From a virus (taxonomy: Duplodnaviria > Caudoviricetes): a DNA stretch of 40,103 nucleotides. The DNA lies in the IMG/VR virus record IMGVR_UViG_3300044972_002456, positions 1 to 40,103 of that record. The stretch is one strand, 5' to 3'. A model generated the notes under the pieces. That model had not been told where the DNA came from. It saw nothing but the letters and a program-made list of their open reading frames with translations, and ran no database searches. A program made the position numbers and the translations under genes. Below are positions 8,414 through 18,265 of this stretch, one piece after another; the stretch's first letter is position 1; each line of letters begins with the position of its first letter.

Positions 8414-9688
8414 TTATAGTTCGAACCATTTTAGTATTCCTGCGGCCGATTTATTTGTTGTACTTGCCCTAACAGCAAGAGTTAAAGTATCCGAAACTCC
8501 AGGAATAGTTTGGCCTAATTGATAATCCCAATCGAATGATCCATCGCCTAAGGCATATGGCGCGGTTTTACCACCCATATAACCACCAGCAACTTTACGT
8601 CCACCAGAAATATTTACTGCATTCAATGCATATTGCACGTTATTTGTTGCTTGATTAAATGTTAATGCTGAATCAGGAGTTGCATTTACAAATAAGCCCC
8701 ATTCAAAATCAGCATTTGAAATATTTAATATATCAGCTCCAGATGGAATAACAATAGCTTTATTTTGACTCATTTTAATTGTAACTAAATTAATAAAAGT
8801 ATTGGCAGTCGCTGTTGCATGACCAGCTAATGGTGTTCCATATACATGTTGTAAAGCTCGGGCTTCATATCCACCTTCAGAAATTACTGATGAGCATATT
8901 TGTTTTAATGTTGCAGGCTCAGCTAATTCGCCATTATTAATAATTTCATACCTTACTGGAAGGTTTGCACTAGTAATATATACTGACTGAATTATATTTG
9001 CATTATGAAAAGTATGAGCAACAATAAATTGGCCATCAATTACGAATCCAGTTCGAACAGATCCTACACCCAGCCACTCAACATCAATCCAAAAAATTTG
9101 TGCTTTAGCAGTATCTAAAGTAATATGTGATGAGCCATCACCATCAAATGCATCAGAGTTCCATTGTGTTTGTGGAATTCGAGTTTCAACAATAGAACCA
9201 GAGATAGAAGTTCTCATTACAATATTAGTAGTATTGCCATTTTGTTCTAGGAAAATACCATTATCATTATCATAATAACCAACGCGTTGTACAAGATTGG
9301 TTTGTGGAGAATTAAAAACTGCAGTATTAAGTATTAATAAACTTTTACCAGGCTGATAAGAAAAATATCTTTTACTCTGGCGAAGAATACTATTACCAGA
9401 AGCAGTGCCATTTGACAATAACACACTACTCTGATATGTTGAATACGATATTGAACCAGTGCCAGTTATAAGTTCATCAAACTTTTCATTCTTATAATTC
9501 ACATTAGAGGAATCAAAAAGTGTTAATGGTGTACTTACACGCGCGCGACCAAACGCGTCTACAGCAACTCCAGAAGGATTAGCTGGACCAATAACGTTAC
9601 CAAATTGGTCTGCTAACATCACTACTTCATGAATATCGGTATTACCACCAGGATAATGCGCTTTTCTATTGACGCTATACTGAGACAT
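8414..9688 (-). CDS. putative virion structural protein (beta-rich)
   Basis: DAFGR.RVS.P.TLFDS, YQPGKS, WLGVG motifs; Gly/Ser/Thr/Asn-rich; in late operon. Confidence 0.6.
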   Translation of the reverse strand: MSQYSVNRKAHYPGGNTDIHEVVMLADQFGNVIGPANPSGVAVDAFGRARVSTPLTLFDSSNVNYKNEKFDELITGTGSISYSTYQSSVLLSNGTASGNSILRQSKRYFSYQPGKSLLILNTAVFNSPQTNLVQRVGYYDNDNGIFLEQNGNTTNIVMRTSISGSIVETRIPQTQWNSDAFDGDGSSHITLDTAKAQIFWIDVEWLGVGSVRTGFVIDGQFIVAHTFHNANIIQSVYITSANLPVRYEIINNGELAEPATLKQICSSVISEGGYEARALQHVYGTPLAGHATATANTFINLVTIKMSQNKAIVIPSGADILNISNADFEWGLFVNATPDSALTFNQATNNVQYALNAVNISGGRKVAGGYMGGKTAPYALGDGSFDWDYQLGQTIPGVSDTLTLAVRASTTNKSAAGILKWFEL

Positions 9689-10311
9689 TATTTATTAACG
9701 CCTATTTTAGTAAGTAACCAATCTCTAGGATCTGTATCAAGAGTTTTAGCATAGTCAACTGCTGCTTTCATATTTCCTTGACCAAGAAATTTTGAAACTT
9801 TTAGCATATCTGCTTTGTCAATACCGCCTTTTTCATTTGCGTATTTTTCAATTTCTGTAGCTTTGGCTCCCATTGCAGCTAATTCTTGGCGCAAGCTTTC
9901 ATCCACGCTTTGCTCATCAATGGCATCAGCAGTAGACTTTTTCATAGTAACTTTATATTCTTTATCGCCAAATTTAAAAGTTTTATCGCCTTTCTTCGCA
10001 GCAGCTGCAGCAGCTCCCATAAAATCTGCAACACCTTCATCAGAAATTTCTTCTGGTACCCAGTCTGCGCGTTCTTTTAATTTTCCACGCTTTGATAATT
10101 CAGCTGAAATTCTTTTTAATTGCGCAGCAAGAGCTGGAGAAGGCCGCTCTTCGTCTTTATGGCTATCCCACATAGACTTTAATTTATCAGTAGACACCTT
10201 TGATAAATCGGTAGCTTCTTCTAACTCATCTACTAGAGTTTGTTTTTCGTACATAGCAACGTATGCTGCAGCTATTGGATTATCTTTAAAATTCAGTGCG
10301 TTATTAAACAT
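9688..10311 (-). CDS. hypothetical protein, possible internal head protein
   Basis: Charged, Ala-rich, several (L/I/V)xE sites. Confidence 0.65.
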   Translation of the reverse strand: MFNNALNFKDNPIAAAYVAMYEKQTLVDELEEATDLSKVSTDKLKSMWDSHKDEERPSPALAAQLKRISAELSKRGKLKERADWVPEEISDEGVADFMGAAAAAAKKGDKTFKFGDKEYKVTMKKSTADAIDEQSVDESLRQELAAMGAKATEIEKYANEKGGIDKADMLKVSKFLGQGNMKAAVDYAKTLDTDPRDWLLTKIGVNK

Positions 10312-10323
10312 AGTAATTCCTTA

Positions 10324-10644
10324 TTAAAAAATAAAATATTGTGCGGCAGCTGCGCCTACTATAGCTGTTAAACATATCCAAAATACGTTAGTTATAATAT
10401 TTATAGTAGTTACGCTTGATTCAGTTTTGCTTTCAACTTCATCTAATCTATCTGAATGCGTATTTAATCTCTCAGTAATAACTGTTCTATCAGCTTCTAA
10501 TCCTATTAGCTTTTCTTCCGCGCGAGCAAGAGAAACCATAATATCTGTAAGCTTATCAATCTTACTTTCTATTCTAGTTAGTCTGCTTTCATCTTGAACT
10601 AAATGCTCATGTAAAGCAGAATCTTCTTGTATTTTTCTAACCAT
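10324..10644 (-). CDS. coiled-coil protein with C-terminal TM helix (holin/XhlA-like architecture)
   Basis: Heptad pattern then hydrophobic IITNVFWICLTAIVGAAA. Confidence 0.55.
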   Translation of the reverse strand: MVRKIQEDSALHEHLVQDESRLTRIESKIDKLTDIMVSLARAEEKLIGLEADRTVITERLNTHSDRLDEVESKTESSVTTINIITNVFWICLTAIVGAAAAQYFIF

Positions 10645-10903
10645 TGGTATTATGCCTTTCTATTTTAAGTTTTAAATTGGTAGTACCTTTGAGTACTCTA
10701 TGATACTGCATACTGGAAATAAACACTTTGTCATTAATATTTAAATTAAATGGTAATCCATCATCATATTGAAATTGCCAACCAATTCCTTCTAAAACTG
10801 TCACAATTCTATTTTCTAAATCTCTATGCCATACCAATTCTGAACTTAATACATGCGCAGAAAATTCACGAATATCACCGTCATCGATATATGGATCTAC
10901 CAA
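10637..10903 (-). CDS. cupin-like small protein
   Basis: WHRD...V.EG.GW and YHR cupin-type motifs. Confidence 0.6.
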   Translation of the reverse strand: MVDPYIDDGDIREFSAHVLSSELVWHRDLENRIVTVLEGIGWQFQYDDGLPFNLNINDKVFISSMQYHRVLKGTTNLKLKIERHNTNG

Positions 10904-11445
10904 AAAAAGTTACCTCCTCCCGATAGACCCAATTGTTTAGCATAATAAGGTAATCTACAAGACCAATATCCAGCAGACGTCTTATCTTTCTTTTCAGCAC
11001 AATTATGGCGAGCAGCAAAGGATGCTCGAGCTTCAGGATCATTTATTTTTGCTGATAATCCTGAAGTATCGCCAAACTCTACCTTTATAACATTACCTTT
11101 TTCGTTTTTTACATATACGTAAAACTTTTTAGATCCACCACGTTTCGGTTCATTTAACTCAACTTCAGCACCATTATATTCGGCTTCAGAAATCATTGGC
11201 GAATCTAAAGGAACGTTATTACCTTCATAGATTGCATATGTACCAATGTCTGTTTCTAATAACGTTTTATCAATTTCTTCTGGCAAGTATTTTCCAGAAT
11301 TCATTTGCTTTCTGGCTTCTGTGAATAAATTATAATATGCTTCAGAGCCAACTCTAAATATATTATCATGTAAAGGTATATTGTTCTTTACATGATAATT
11401 AAAATTTACTACAGTATCTTGTTGATATTGCCAAAAGCTTTTCAT
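10897..11445 (-). CDS. conserved phage protein (KKFYVYV..FGD..FAARH.C..YWSC domain)
   Basis: Motif widespread in aquatic phages; MKSF.QY N-terminus. Confidence 0.7.
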   Translation of the reverse strand: MKSFWQYQQDTVVNFNYHVKNNIPLHDNIFRVGSEAYYNLFTEARKQMNSGKYLPEEIDKTLLETDIGTYAIYEGNNVPLDSPMISEAEYNGAEVELNEPKRGGSKKFYVYVKNEKGNVIKVEFGDTSGLSAKINDPEARASFAARHNCAEKKDKTSAGYWSCRLPYYAKQLGLSGGGNFFW

Positions 11446-12620
11446 TATTTGTCTTTCATTTTAGCCATTAGATCTGCTAGTTGTGCTAATTTTGCTTTAT
11501 CTGCTGCAGATATATTTGCTTTCTTTAGATCATCTAATATCTTATTAGCAGACTGAGCATAGTTTGATGTTGATTCTGTGGTAGTATCTTTAATGCCTTC
11601 CATCACATCAGCATAAAATAGTCGACTAAATTCTCCCCTTTTTATATAACTTATAAAGCCGTTTGAATCGCTTGTTGAGTTAAATTTAACAAAAAACCCT
11701 TTATCTGAGCTACCATCAAATTTGCCATTATACCGATCTACACCTTTTTCTATAAAATCTATGGCTTTTTTACTTGGCTGTTTGCCGTCATAATTAGAAC
11801 CGTCATTGACATGCACGCGCACGGCCTCTGATATAGTTTCTTCATCAACTTGCTTTGCTTCTTTTGTTGTCTTGTTACGAATTTTACTAAGAGCTTGATT
11901 TTGACCGGTATAACGCTTATAACTTTTCTGGCGTAATGCTGCCGCAGCTTCTGAATCGCCCATATCGCGTGCTCTGCCAGCTTCTATGCCCTTTGATAAC
12001 GCATCCTTACCAGCTTTACTGGCATAACGCAGGAGTGTTCCGGTTTTTAACTCGTCAACTTGGTCTGCTTCTTTTTCTGCGCCTTTTTTTGATTCTCGCT
12101 TTGCAGCAAGATATGCAGCAATCGCCATTGTTCGACGCTCGTCTTCGTCAGCATCAGCAAACTGTGGTGCATCTGAATCTTGAAAGTCTTTTATCCAAGC
12201 ACCCATGCCATCTGATACTGATAGTTTTTCACTAACCTTTATTTTTTTCATATTAGTTTTTTCCTGAATTGGTTCGTCTTTATTCATCATGTATGAATGG
12301 GCTGATTGCAAATAGTCAGCTGCTTTAGTGATTTTGTTTTGAACCCATTCAGGTAAATTTTGTTCATCAGAAAACATTTTAATCATATGACTAGCATCAG
12401 CAACTATACCTCGAAGCTGAGTTTTTGCCATAGCCCCTTCATTATCATATTCACCTTTATCGGCTGGATTAATATCTTCCGGAACACAATTGGGAACGGT
12501 TTTGCCATTTTTTTTCTTAAGACCAATTTGCTTATAGTTATCCCAACATGGATCGCTATCTTCCAAAAGGGGGTTTTTAGATGTAATTAAGTCTATAATT
12601 AGTTTTGTCATATTATTCAA
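11445..12620 (-). CDS. modular hypothetical protein, possible processed internal head protein
   Basis: DPCW..Y...G.K.K.GK.VPNCVP and LPEWVQ.KI modules separated by xxE sites. Confidence 0.65.
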   Translation of the reverse strand: MNNMTKLIIDLITSKNPLLEDSDPCWDNYKQIGLKKKNGKTVPNCVPEDINPADKGEYDNEGAMAKTQLRGIVADASHMIKMFSDEQNLPEWVQNKITKAADYLQSAHSYMMNKDEPIQEKTNMKKIKVSEKLSVSDGMGAWIKDFQDSDAPQFADADEDERRTMAIAAYLAAKRESKKGAEKEADQVDELKTGTLLRYASKAGKDALSKGIEAGRARDMGDSEAAAALRQKSYKRYTGQNQALSKIRNKTTKEAKQVDEETISEAVRVHVNDGSNYDGKQPSKKAIDFIEKGVDRYNGKFDGSSDKGFFVKFNSTSDSNGFISYIKRGEFSRLFYADVMEGIKDTTTESTSNYAQSANKILDDLKKANISAADKAKLAQLADLMAKMKDK

Positions 12621-13440
12621 CCAACTTAATGTCGTATAGCCACTTGCGATATTTTTTATTATCAGAAGTTTCTACTATTACGTAATTAGCGCCTAACATT
12701 GAAATTGTTGCAATTTCTTCTGATTCTTTTATAACTACTACATCGCCAACGGCAAATAAAGAACCTTGCACGTAAGCTTCTCGTTCTTCTGAAATTGGTT
12801 CGAATTGTACATGAGTATGATAATCAGAAGCTTCTTTAATACCCATACCCTTTCTAATATCATCAAACAGTTCTTTACCACCTTTAAAGGAATTAGGCAA
12901 TCCTTTCGAGAAAGATGCAAAGTCATTACGACTAGCTGCGGCTCTCATCTTCGAAGCTGACATACCTTCAACGCCTTCAGCATCTGGATCTCTTTCACCA
13001 GCAGATACTATATTAATACCATCTTCAAAATTATAAAACCCATGTCTAAGTCTTTGCCCATTATACTTATTTGTTAAAGCAGCAAATTCATTTACACGAT
13101 CAGACCCTACTACCATGGTTACTTTGGTAAATCCTTGATCGTATAGGTGTGTTAAAACTTCTAAAGCAGTCCTTATATTTTTATCCAATATAATATTGCG
13201 CCCATGCTTAGGAAACATTTTACGCATTACTTTAATTTTGGTAGTATAATCTAAAGGATTTTTTTGTGGGTCAGTTGATTGTGCAGCGTATATATGATAA
13301 TTGTTGCCTTTTGCAATTGCGGCAACTTTTGTCAATAGCTTTTCGTGACCGATGGTAGGAGGATTGAAACGCCCAAAGGTAAATACTATTTCTTTAGTTT
13401 CTTCGACTAAGTATTCTGAGAAAGATTTCATACTGTTCAT
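12613..13440 (-). CDS. cytidylyltransferase-like (HxGH class I nucleotidyltransferase)
   Basis: FTFGRFNPPTIGHEKL, VVGSDR, MSASKMR motifs. Confidence 0.85.
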   Translation of the reverse strand: MNSMKSFSEYLVEETKEIVFTFGRFNPPTIGHEKLLTKVAAIAKGNNYHIYAAQSTDPQKNPLDYTTKIKVMRKMFPKHGRNIILDKNIRTALEVLTHLYDQGFTKVTMVVGSDRVNEFAALTNKYNGQRLRHGFYNFEDGINIVSAGERDPDAEGVEGMSASKMRAAASRNDFASFSKGLPNSFKGGKELFDDIRKGMGIKEASDYHTHVQFEPISEEREAYVQGSLFAVGDVVVIKESEEIATISMLGANYVIVETSDNKKYRKWLYDIKLVE

Positions 13441-13443
13441 TTT

Positions 13444-13809
13444 TCAGCAGACACCTTTTTCGTTTACTGATGTATTTTCGTTAAAACCAAATACTGCATC
13501 AACTTTTTTATCACCATGACGGTGTCGTATAATAACAGAAGCAGCATGGTCTTTTGTAGTATAGTCTTTTACATCTACGATTTTTTGTTGTTTTTTAATT
13601 ATTGAGCGCAAATCGTCGATAGACAATTTTTTAAGGTCTAAATATTCTTTATAGATTGCATGATTTTTATCTATTGATTCATTTTCTAGATCGACGCTTT
13701 CGTCAGTTCCATCAGCATCAGCTCTCTTGCGCTTCATTGCGGCAAGAGCTAATAGCTCATCTCCGGATCCAGTATAATCTACCGTCATATAGTCTTTAAA
13801 AGAGTACAT
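13444..13809 (-). CDS. hypothetical protein
   Basis: 121-aa ORF; MYSFKDY N-terminus. Confidence 0.7.
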   Translation of the reverse strand: MYSFKDYMTVDYTGSGDELLALAAMKRKRADADGTDESVDLENESIDKNHAIYKEYLDLKKLSIDDLRSIIKKQQKIVDVKDYTTKDHAASVIIRHRHGDKKVDAVFGFNENTSVNEKGVC

Positions 13810-13822
13810 TTATATTTCCCAT

Positions 13823-15070
13823 TTAGCCACGAGATGGAGAATCCCAGCCCTTTATAATATTCGGGTCGAAGTTATTAGTAGAGAATTCAAGACGATCTAC
13901 TAGTTTAACAGCTCCACCACCAATGCGGTCTATAGCAACAAAGCCTTCATGGCCGGTTACTCTAAACCCCGTTTTAGTTTTTACAAAAGTATTAATTTTA
14001 TTAAGTTTGTCTAGCTTATTTATAATAATTAATTTTGCACGAGCTATGGCTTGTTGTAAATCAAATACTAATTTTAAATTTGCCTTATTTGTGGGATTAA
14101 AGAAACTAAGTATTTCGTCTCTCTTGGCATATTGAGCTTGTTTACCAGTGTCTGTACTTCTCTTATCAGCTTCTTTTTGAAATTTATCGTTGACAAACTG
14201 AATAAGACCATCAACATGCTTTGCGGTATTACTTATTGCAGTCTTATTTCTTAAAAAGCTATTGTTATAAGTTTCAATCATTCCAGCAAATTCTTGATTT
14301 TCTTCTATTTCTTTTAGAGTAGAACCTGCTATCTTTTGAAATATTTTTCCAGCAATGGATAATGCTTCTTGAACTTCAGCAGTATCTGCTTTAGTAAGTG
14401 TTACTTTACCAGACATATCTCTAAGTTCAGCATCTTGTGCCCAGATAGTAGATACTTTATTAAATTTAGATACATCAACGCCGTACGATGCAGTCATTGT
14501 CTCGAACGTTCCGCCAGAATAAGCGGTGTGAAAAACGATACCGATTTTAGCTTTTTTAATAATAGCAGCTTGATCTGAATCTGCTGGAAACGCATAAAGA
14601 ATTGTATTAGGATGAAAGGTAATATATTTAGTGCCATCAATCGTTTCAGTTTTAATATCTGGAGAAGTAAACATAATATCACCTTGCACAACTCCGGTAA
14701 TACCAAGTTTGCTCATTTCAGTAAAAGCAATTTTTAATTTTTTAGATAAATCGCCAGAAGTATCAGCGTCAATATCGGCATGACTTTTATATACTTTAGG
14801 GTCCTTATTAAAGATACCTTTTTTAGCTACAAAGAATTTTCCATCAGTTGGATCTATACCAGCAAATACTGCTGGTGCTCCATCCCACTTAACGGTAACA
14901 TCAGTAGATGAAGTGGCAGAACCTGCTAACATATCTTTTAAAGATCTTAATGCAAGTATTGCTTGCCGAGCTCCTTTAACTCCACCGTAGATTACTAAAT
15001 CTTCGATGTGAGTCATATGTGTGTTTTTTCCAGTTGCTTCTGCTAATAGAAACTTGCTAAATGATATCAT
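13823..15070 (-). CDS. conserved phage protein with ligase-like KxDG motif
   Basis: TVKWDGAP, QGD, EGFV, VKLVDR resemble nucleotidyltransferase motifs I, III, IV, V. Confidence 0.6.
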   Translation of the reverse strand: MISFSKFLLAEATGKNTHMTHIEDLVIYGGVKGARQAILALRSLKDMLAGSATSSTDVTVKWDGAPAVFAGIDPTDGKFFVAKKGIFNKDPKVYKSHADIDADTSGDLSKKLKIAFTEMSKLGITGVVQGDIMFTSPDIKTETIDGTKYITFHPNTILYAFPADSDQAAIIKKAKIGIVFHTAYSGGTFETMTASYGVDVSKFNKVSTIWAQDAELRDMSGKVTLTKADTAEVQEALSIAGKIFQKIAGSTLKEIEENQEFAGMIETYNNSFLRNKTAISNTAKHVDGLIQFVNDKFQKEADKRSTDTGKQAQYAKRDEILSFFNPTNKANLKLVFDLQQAIARAKLIIINKLDKLNKINTFVKTKTGFRVTGHEGFVAIDRIGGGAVKLVDRLEFSTNNFDPNIIKGWDSPSRG

Positions 15071-15080
15071 TAATATTTTC

Positions 15081-16211
15081 CTATTTAGCTGTAAAATCGC
15101 ACATCATGCGTGTAGGGAATCCATCTTTACCTTGAGTATCTCGAATATTAATCTTAAACTTATAAGAAGCTGATTCAAATTCAACGTCTACTCGCTTACC
15201 ACGGCCAGTTTTTCCACCATAATATACAATAACTTTTCCAATTGGCTTTGCTGCTTTAACCATCGCAGCTTTATCCATTTGTTTAGACACTATTTCTTTA
15301 GTCATTTTATGAATAATATGATAACCATATCCTATGCCTGACTGCAATAAAGCAGTCATTTTTGCTGCGTCAAATTCGGCGTTACGATCAATATCTGCTT
15401 TTTTATGTTTTCCATTAAAGACATTAGCAAATTTAACTGGATCAATACCAAAAATCTTTAATAAATTGAGACCCTTTTCATTTTCAATTTTTCCAGCTTT
15501 AATTTCTTGAGTTGTTAATATCGTTTTGACGCCAACGTTAAAAAATGTCGTCGTTGATCCAAGCTTAAGACTTAAATAAATTTCTTGTGAATCGGTAACT
15601 AGAGTAATATCCGTGACTGATTCGCCGATATCAAATCCAGAACCTTTCGTATTGGCCAATACAATTTTATTAGAAGAAAACTGTAATGGCCTTTTAGTAT
15701 TTTCTCCACCAACAACATTTACTTTTAACGATTTAGATTTTTTTAGTTTATAAATTTTATCTAGATCATTAATTGCAGCTGCAATATTGGCGTCTGCTAT
15801 TGCTTCTCCATCCCACCATGCGATTATCGCATCAGCAAACATAGGCTCAAATAAATTTCCACGATTGGCAACACCACGGTTACCAGACGAACCATTACCG
15901 AATTTTATTTTTACTTTATCTAATTTTGCACCACTAATTATGTCTGATAATTCTATTTCTGTTTGTAGTGCTCGAGTAACATTAACAGCCCTTGGACTTT
16001 TCAAATCCATATTGATAGGCGAATCAATACTTGGAAATTTTTTCTTAAGAAAGGCAAATAACCGCTTTACTTCTTGAACGATGTCTGCAGATACTTCATT
16101 AGAGATCTCAATTTCGCTCTTTGGAAAAAATGAATATGCCTCCGATAAAGATACTTGAGTATCATCAGAGGCATTGTTTTGTTCTAAAATAAAACTACTA
16201 AATTTTTTCAT
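15081..16211 (-). CDS. hypothetical protein, possible PD-(D/E)xK-like nuclease fold
   Basis: GNLFE...TDITL...YLSLK pattern; MKKFSSFILE N-terminus. Confidence 0.5.
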   Translation of the reverse strand: MKKFSSFILEQNNASDDTQVSLSEAYSFFPKSEIEISNEVSADIVQEVKRLFAFLKKKFPSIDSPINMDLKSPRAVNVTRALQTEIELSDIISGAKLDKVKIKFGNGSSGNRGVANRGNLFEPMFADAIIAWWDGEAIADANIAAAINDLDKIYKLKKSKSLKVNVVGGENTKRPLQFSSNKIVLANTKGSGFDIGESVTDITLVTDSQEIYLSLKLGSTTTFFNVGVKTILTTQEIKAGKIENEKGLNLLKIFGIDPVKFANVFNGKHKKADIDRNAEFDAAKMTALLQSGIGYGYHIIHKMTKEIVSKQMDKAAMVKAAKPIGKVIVYYGGKTGRGKRVDVEFESASYKFKINIRDTQGKDGFPTRMMCDFTAK

Positions 16212-16243
16212 AGAATAGTATTCAACAAGAGTTATTAATAATA

Positions 16244-16723
16244 CTATTTATATGTTTTTAAAAACTGATTTACAATTTTTTCCTGTAACTTATAAGCTTC
16301 TTTTTCGTGAGGTTGTTTAAAATAGTCTACATCAGTTACATCTTTTCCATTAAATACTGTTCGATACTCACTGGTGACATATGCATTAGATAATTGGCCA
16401 AGCACGTACTGTTTAACGTGGACCAGTTCATGAGCAATAAGTGTTAGAAACGTAATAAAATCGTATCCCTTCTGTATTCGAATAGTAAAAACTCTAGGAC
16501 GACGAGCCGTTGATATTGGATAATCTTCAGCCTCTTCTTTATTAGTTTCTTCCCAGTCAACGTCCCCCTCAATCCCTTCGTTCTTTTCTAAAGCTTCCAT
16601 GAACTTAAATGTCACGTGAACTTTATGCTTGGGAAAGTATTTTTTAGAAATGAAATAAAAAAGAGCATCAATTACTTTACGCTCTTCTCTATTTGTGCGA
16701 CCTTCATATTGAGAAGTAATCAT
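16244..16723 (-). CDS. putative zinc metallopeptidase (HExxH)
   Basis: IAHELVHVKQY and downstream PHEKEA. Confidence 0.75.
   Translation of the reverse strand: MITSQYEGRTNREERKVIDALFYFISKKYFPKHKVHVTFKFMEALEKNEGIEGDVDWEETNKEEAEDYPISTARRPRVFTIRIQKGYDFITFLTLIAHELVHVKQYVLGQLSNAYVTSEYRTVFNGKDVTDVDYFKQPHEKEAYKLQEKIVNQFLKTYK
16245..16252 (-). promoter_or_regulatory. T4-type late promoter TATAAATA heading the operon that starts at 16211
   Basis: Exact consensus overlapping the stop of the upstream gene. Confidence 0.75.
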
Positions 16724-16923
16724 ACATCAGTATTAGTAAATTCGTTACGCAAATAGTATGAAATCAATTGCCTATCCATAATCCCTTTCGTATTACCATA
16801 ATATTTGACGTCAAATCTAAATGGCGAATTGGCCCATGTATTTGTTTCAATAAAACTATAATAAGCTTTTCTATGTTCTGGATTGGTTGCATCAAAAATT
16901 ACTTTTGGTCTAGCTAATTTCAT
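16720..16923 (-). CDS. hypothetical protein (67 aa, MKLARPKV...)
   Basis: True start at 16923 with GAGG RBS; longer ORF call runs into tRNA. Confidence 0.7.
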   Translation of the reverse strand: MKLARPKVIFDATNPEHRKAYYSFIETNTWANSPFRFDVKYYGNTKGIMDRQLISYYLRNEFTNTDV

Positions 16924-16945
16924 GTATGTATTCCTCAATATAATA

Positions 16946-17021
16946 TGGCGCACCCGGAGAGATTCGAACTCCCGACCAGACGGGTAGAAGCCGTCTGCTC
17001 TATCCACTGAGCTACGAGTGC
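16946..17021 (-). tRNA. tRNA-Arg(UCU)
   Basis: Cloverleaf folded by hand; anticodon loop CT-TCT-AC, TTCGAAT T-loop, encoded CCA. Confidence 0.95.
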
Positions 17022-17030
17022 AAAATTGTA

Positions 17031-17279
17031 TTAGCGGCGTGGATAGATATAAACGTCTGCACGTTGAGCATTGTTAATACCACCAACAATATTCCCACCA
17101 CGATCATAAGATTTATTAACTTTCAAAATCGGGTTTCTACCACGAAGACACACGCGGAATTTGTCTTTAGTAAGAGAATTTAGCACTCTTACAGACGCGC
17201 GAATTGCTTGAAGTTTTTCCATATCAGAAGTTGACATAAAATCAATTGTTGTTACATAAGTAGTAGAATAACGCATCAT
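17031..17279 (-). CDS. hypothetical protein between tRNAs
   Basis: 82-aa ORF. Confidence 0.7.
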   Translation of the reverse strand: MMRYSTTYVTTIDFMSTSDMEKLQAIRASVRVLNSLTKDKFRVCLRGRNPILKVNKSYDRGGNIVGGINNAQRADVYIYPRR

Positions 17280-17307
17280 ATAAATTTTCTCATTAAATTA
17301 AACAAAT

Positions 17308-17392
17308 TGGTGCCTCGAGCCGGAATCGAACCGGCACGCTCTTCAGCGAGAGATTTTAAGTCTCTTGTGTCTACCTATTTCACCATCGAGGC
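17308..17392 (-). tRNA. tRNA-Leu(UAA)
   Basis: Cloverleaf with long variable arm; anticodon loop CT-TAA-AA; encoded CCA. Confidence 0.95.
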
Positions 17393-17401
17393 AATAAAAC
17401 A

Positions 17402-17746
17402 TTAAATCTTGCTAAACCCAAAATCATCAACCATGTAAAGCTCACCATCTGAATTTTTGATGATATCGCCAACACTTACAGAATGCATACGATCAAGACG
17501 AGTAATTTTTTCTTCAGGACCAATATTACCAATTTGAAAGACTTGATCAAGGTCGCTAGCATCAATTTCACAAACAGGTTTATAATATTGAAACATCGAT
17601 GATTCCCACTTAGCAGAACCTTGAAAGCGAACATCCATTGAAACTTTCCATTCGGGGTATTTTACAGCAGCTTCAGCGTGTCCGACTTCGTTAACGTAGT
17701 CATATACTTGCCTTGCGATCTTGAGCTGGTAAACTTGGTATATCAT
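17402..17746 (-). CDS. hypothetical protein, YodL-like domain
   Basis: HSVSVGDII...YMVDDFGF motif; first gene after repeat promoter. Confidence 0.6.
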   Translation of the reverse strand: MIYQVYQLKIARQVYDYVNEVGHAEAAVKYPEWKVSMDVRFQGSAKWESSMFQYYKPVCEIDASDLDQVFQIGNIGPEEKITRLDRMHSVSVGDIIKNSDGELYMVDDFGFSKI

Positions 17747-17756
17747 AATAATGTCC

Positions 17757-18033
17757 TCTTCATCAATTTATAGTACCATTATAAACAGGTTTTAGGACAA
17801 TGTACAATTTATTTTTTCCAATAGAATCAATGGCTTATAAATGTATATCTCTAAGCCATTGATTTATAAGGAAATAAGAATTGTAATAAATTGTAACGAA
17901 TGAAAAATAAAAATAGCAATCAAATCAATAACTTATAAAACCGCTTCAGAGGCCCTCTGGTGGCACTGGAGACTCGCTATCTTAGGGGTGGTATAGAACC
18001 ATTAGATAGATCATAAAGTGTCTCTGAGAGGCT
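17757..18033 (-). repeat. promoter cassette copy 1 (TGTACA-N17-TATAAT at 17778-17806 plus three IHF-consensus sites)
   Basis: Aligns with 31118-31405 and 36522-36755; WATCAANNNNTTR at 17825, 17852 (inverted), 17923. Confidence 0.9.
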
Positions 18034-18264
18034 CTAAGAAGCATCTTTAGGAAGCTTGGCTGTTTTAAGGATATCTTGTAATATTGACAAATGTTCCCTA
18101 GAATTATATATTGTATCATTTGGATGTAGCCGAAGCAGCGTTTGCTCTACTCCAAGCGATATGCCTAAGGCAAAAGATTTTCTTTTTTCTCTAGTTGATA
18201 TAGCATATACAGAAATTACCCACCACACATAAAGCAAACCCATCATCCACCAACTTAAGTACAT
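18034..18264 (-). CDS. small membrane protein
   Basis: N-terminal Trp-rich hydrophobic helix; start likely MYLSWW. Confidence 0.6.
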   Translation of the reverse strand: MYLSWWMMGLLYVWWVISVYAISTREKRKSFALGISLGVEQTLLRLHPNDTIYNSREHLSILQDILKTAKLPKDAS

Positions 18265-18265
18265 A

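Noticed and set aside
16720-17007. 95-aa ORF as called
   Set aside because: Its 5' part is the tRNA-Arg gene; the real start is 16923
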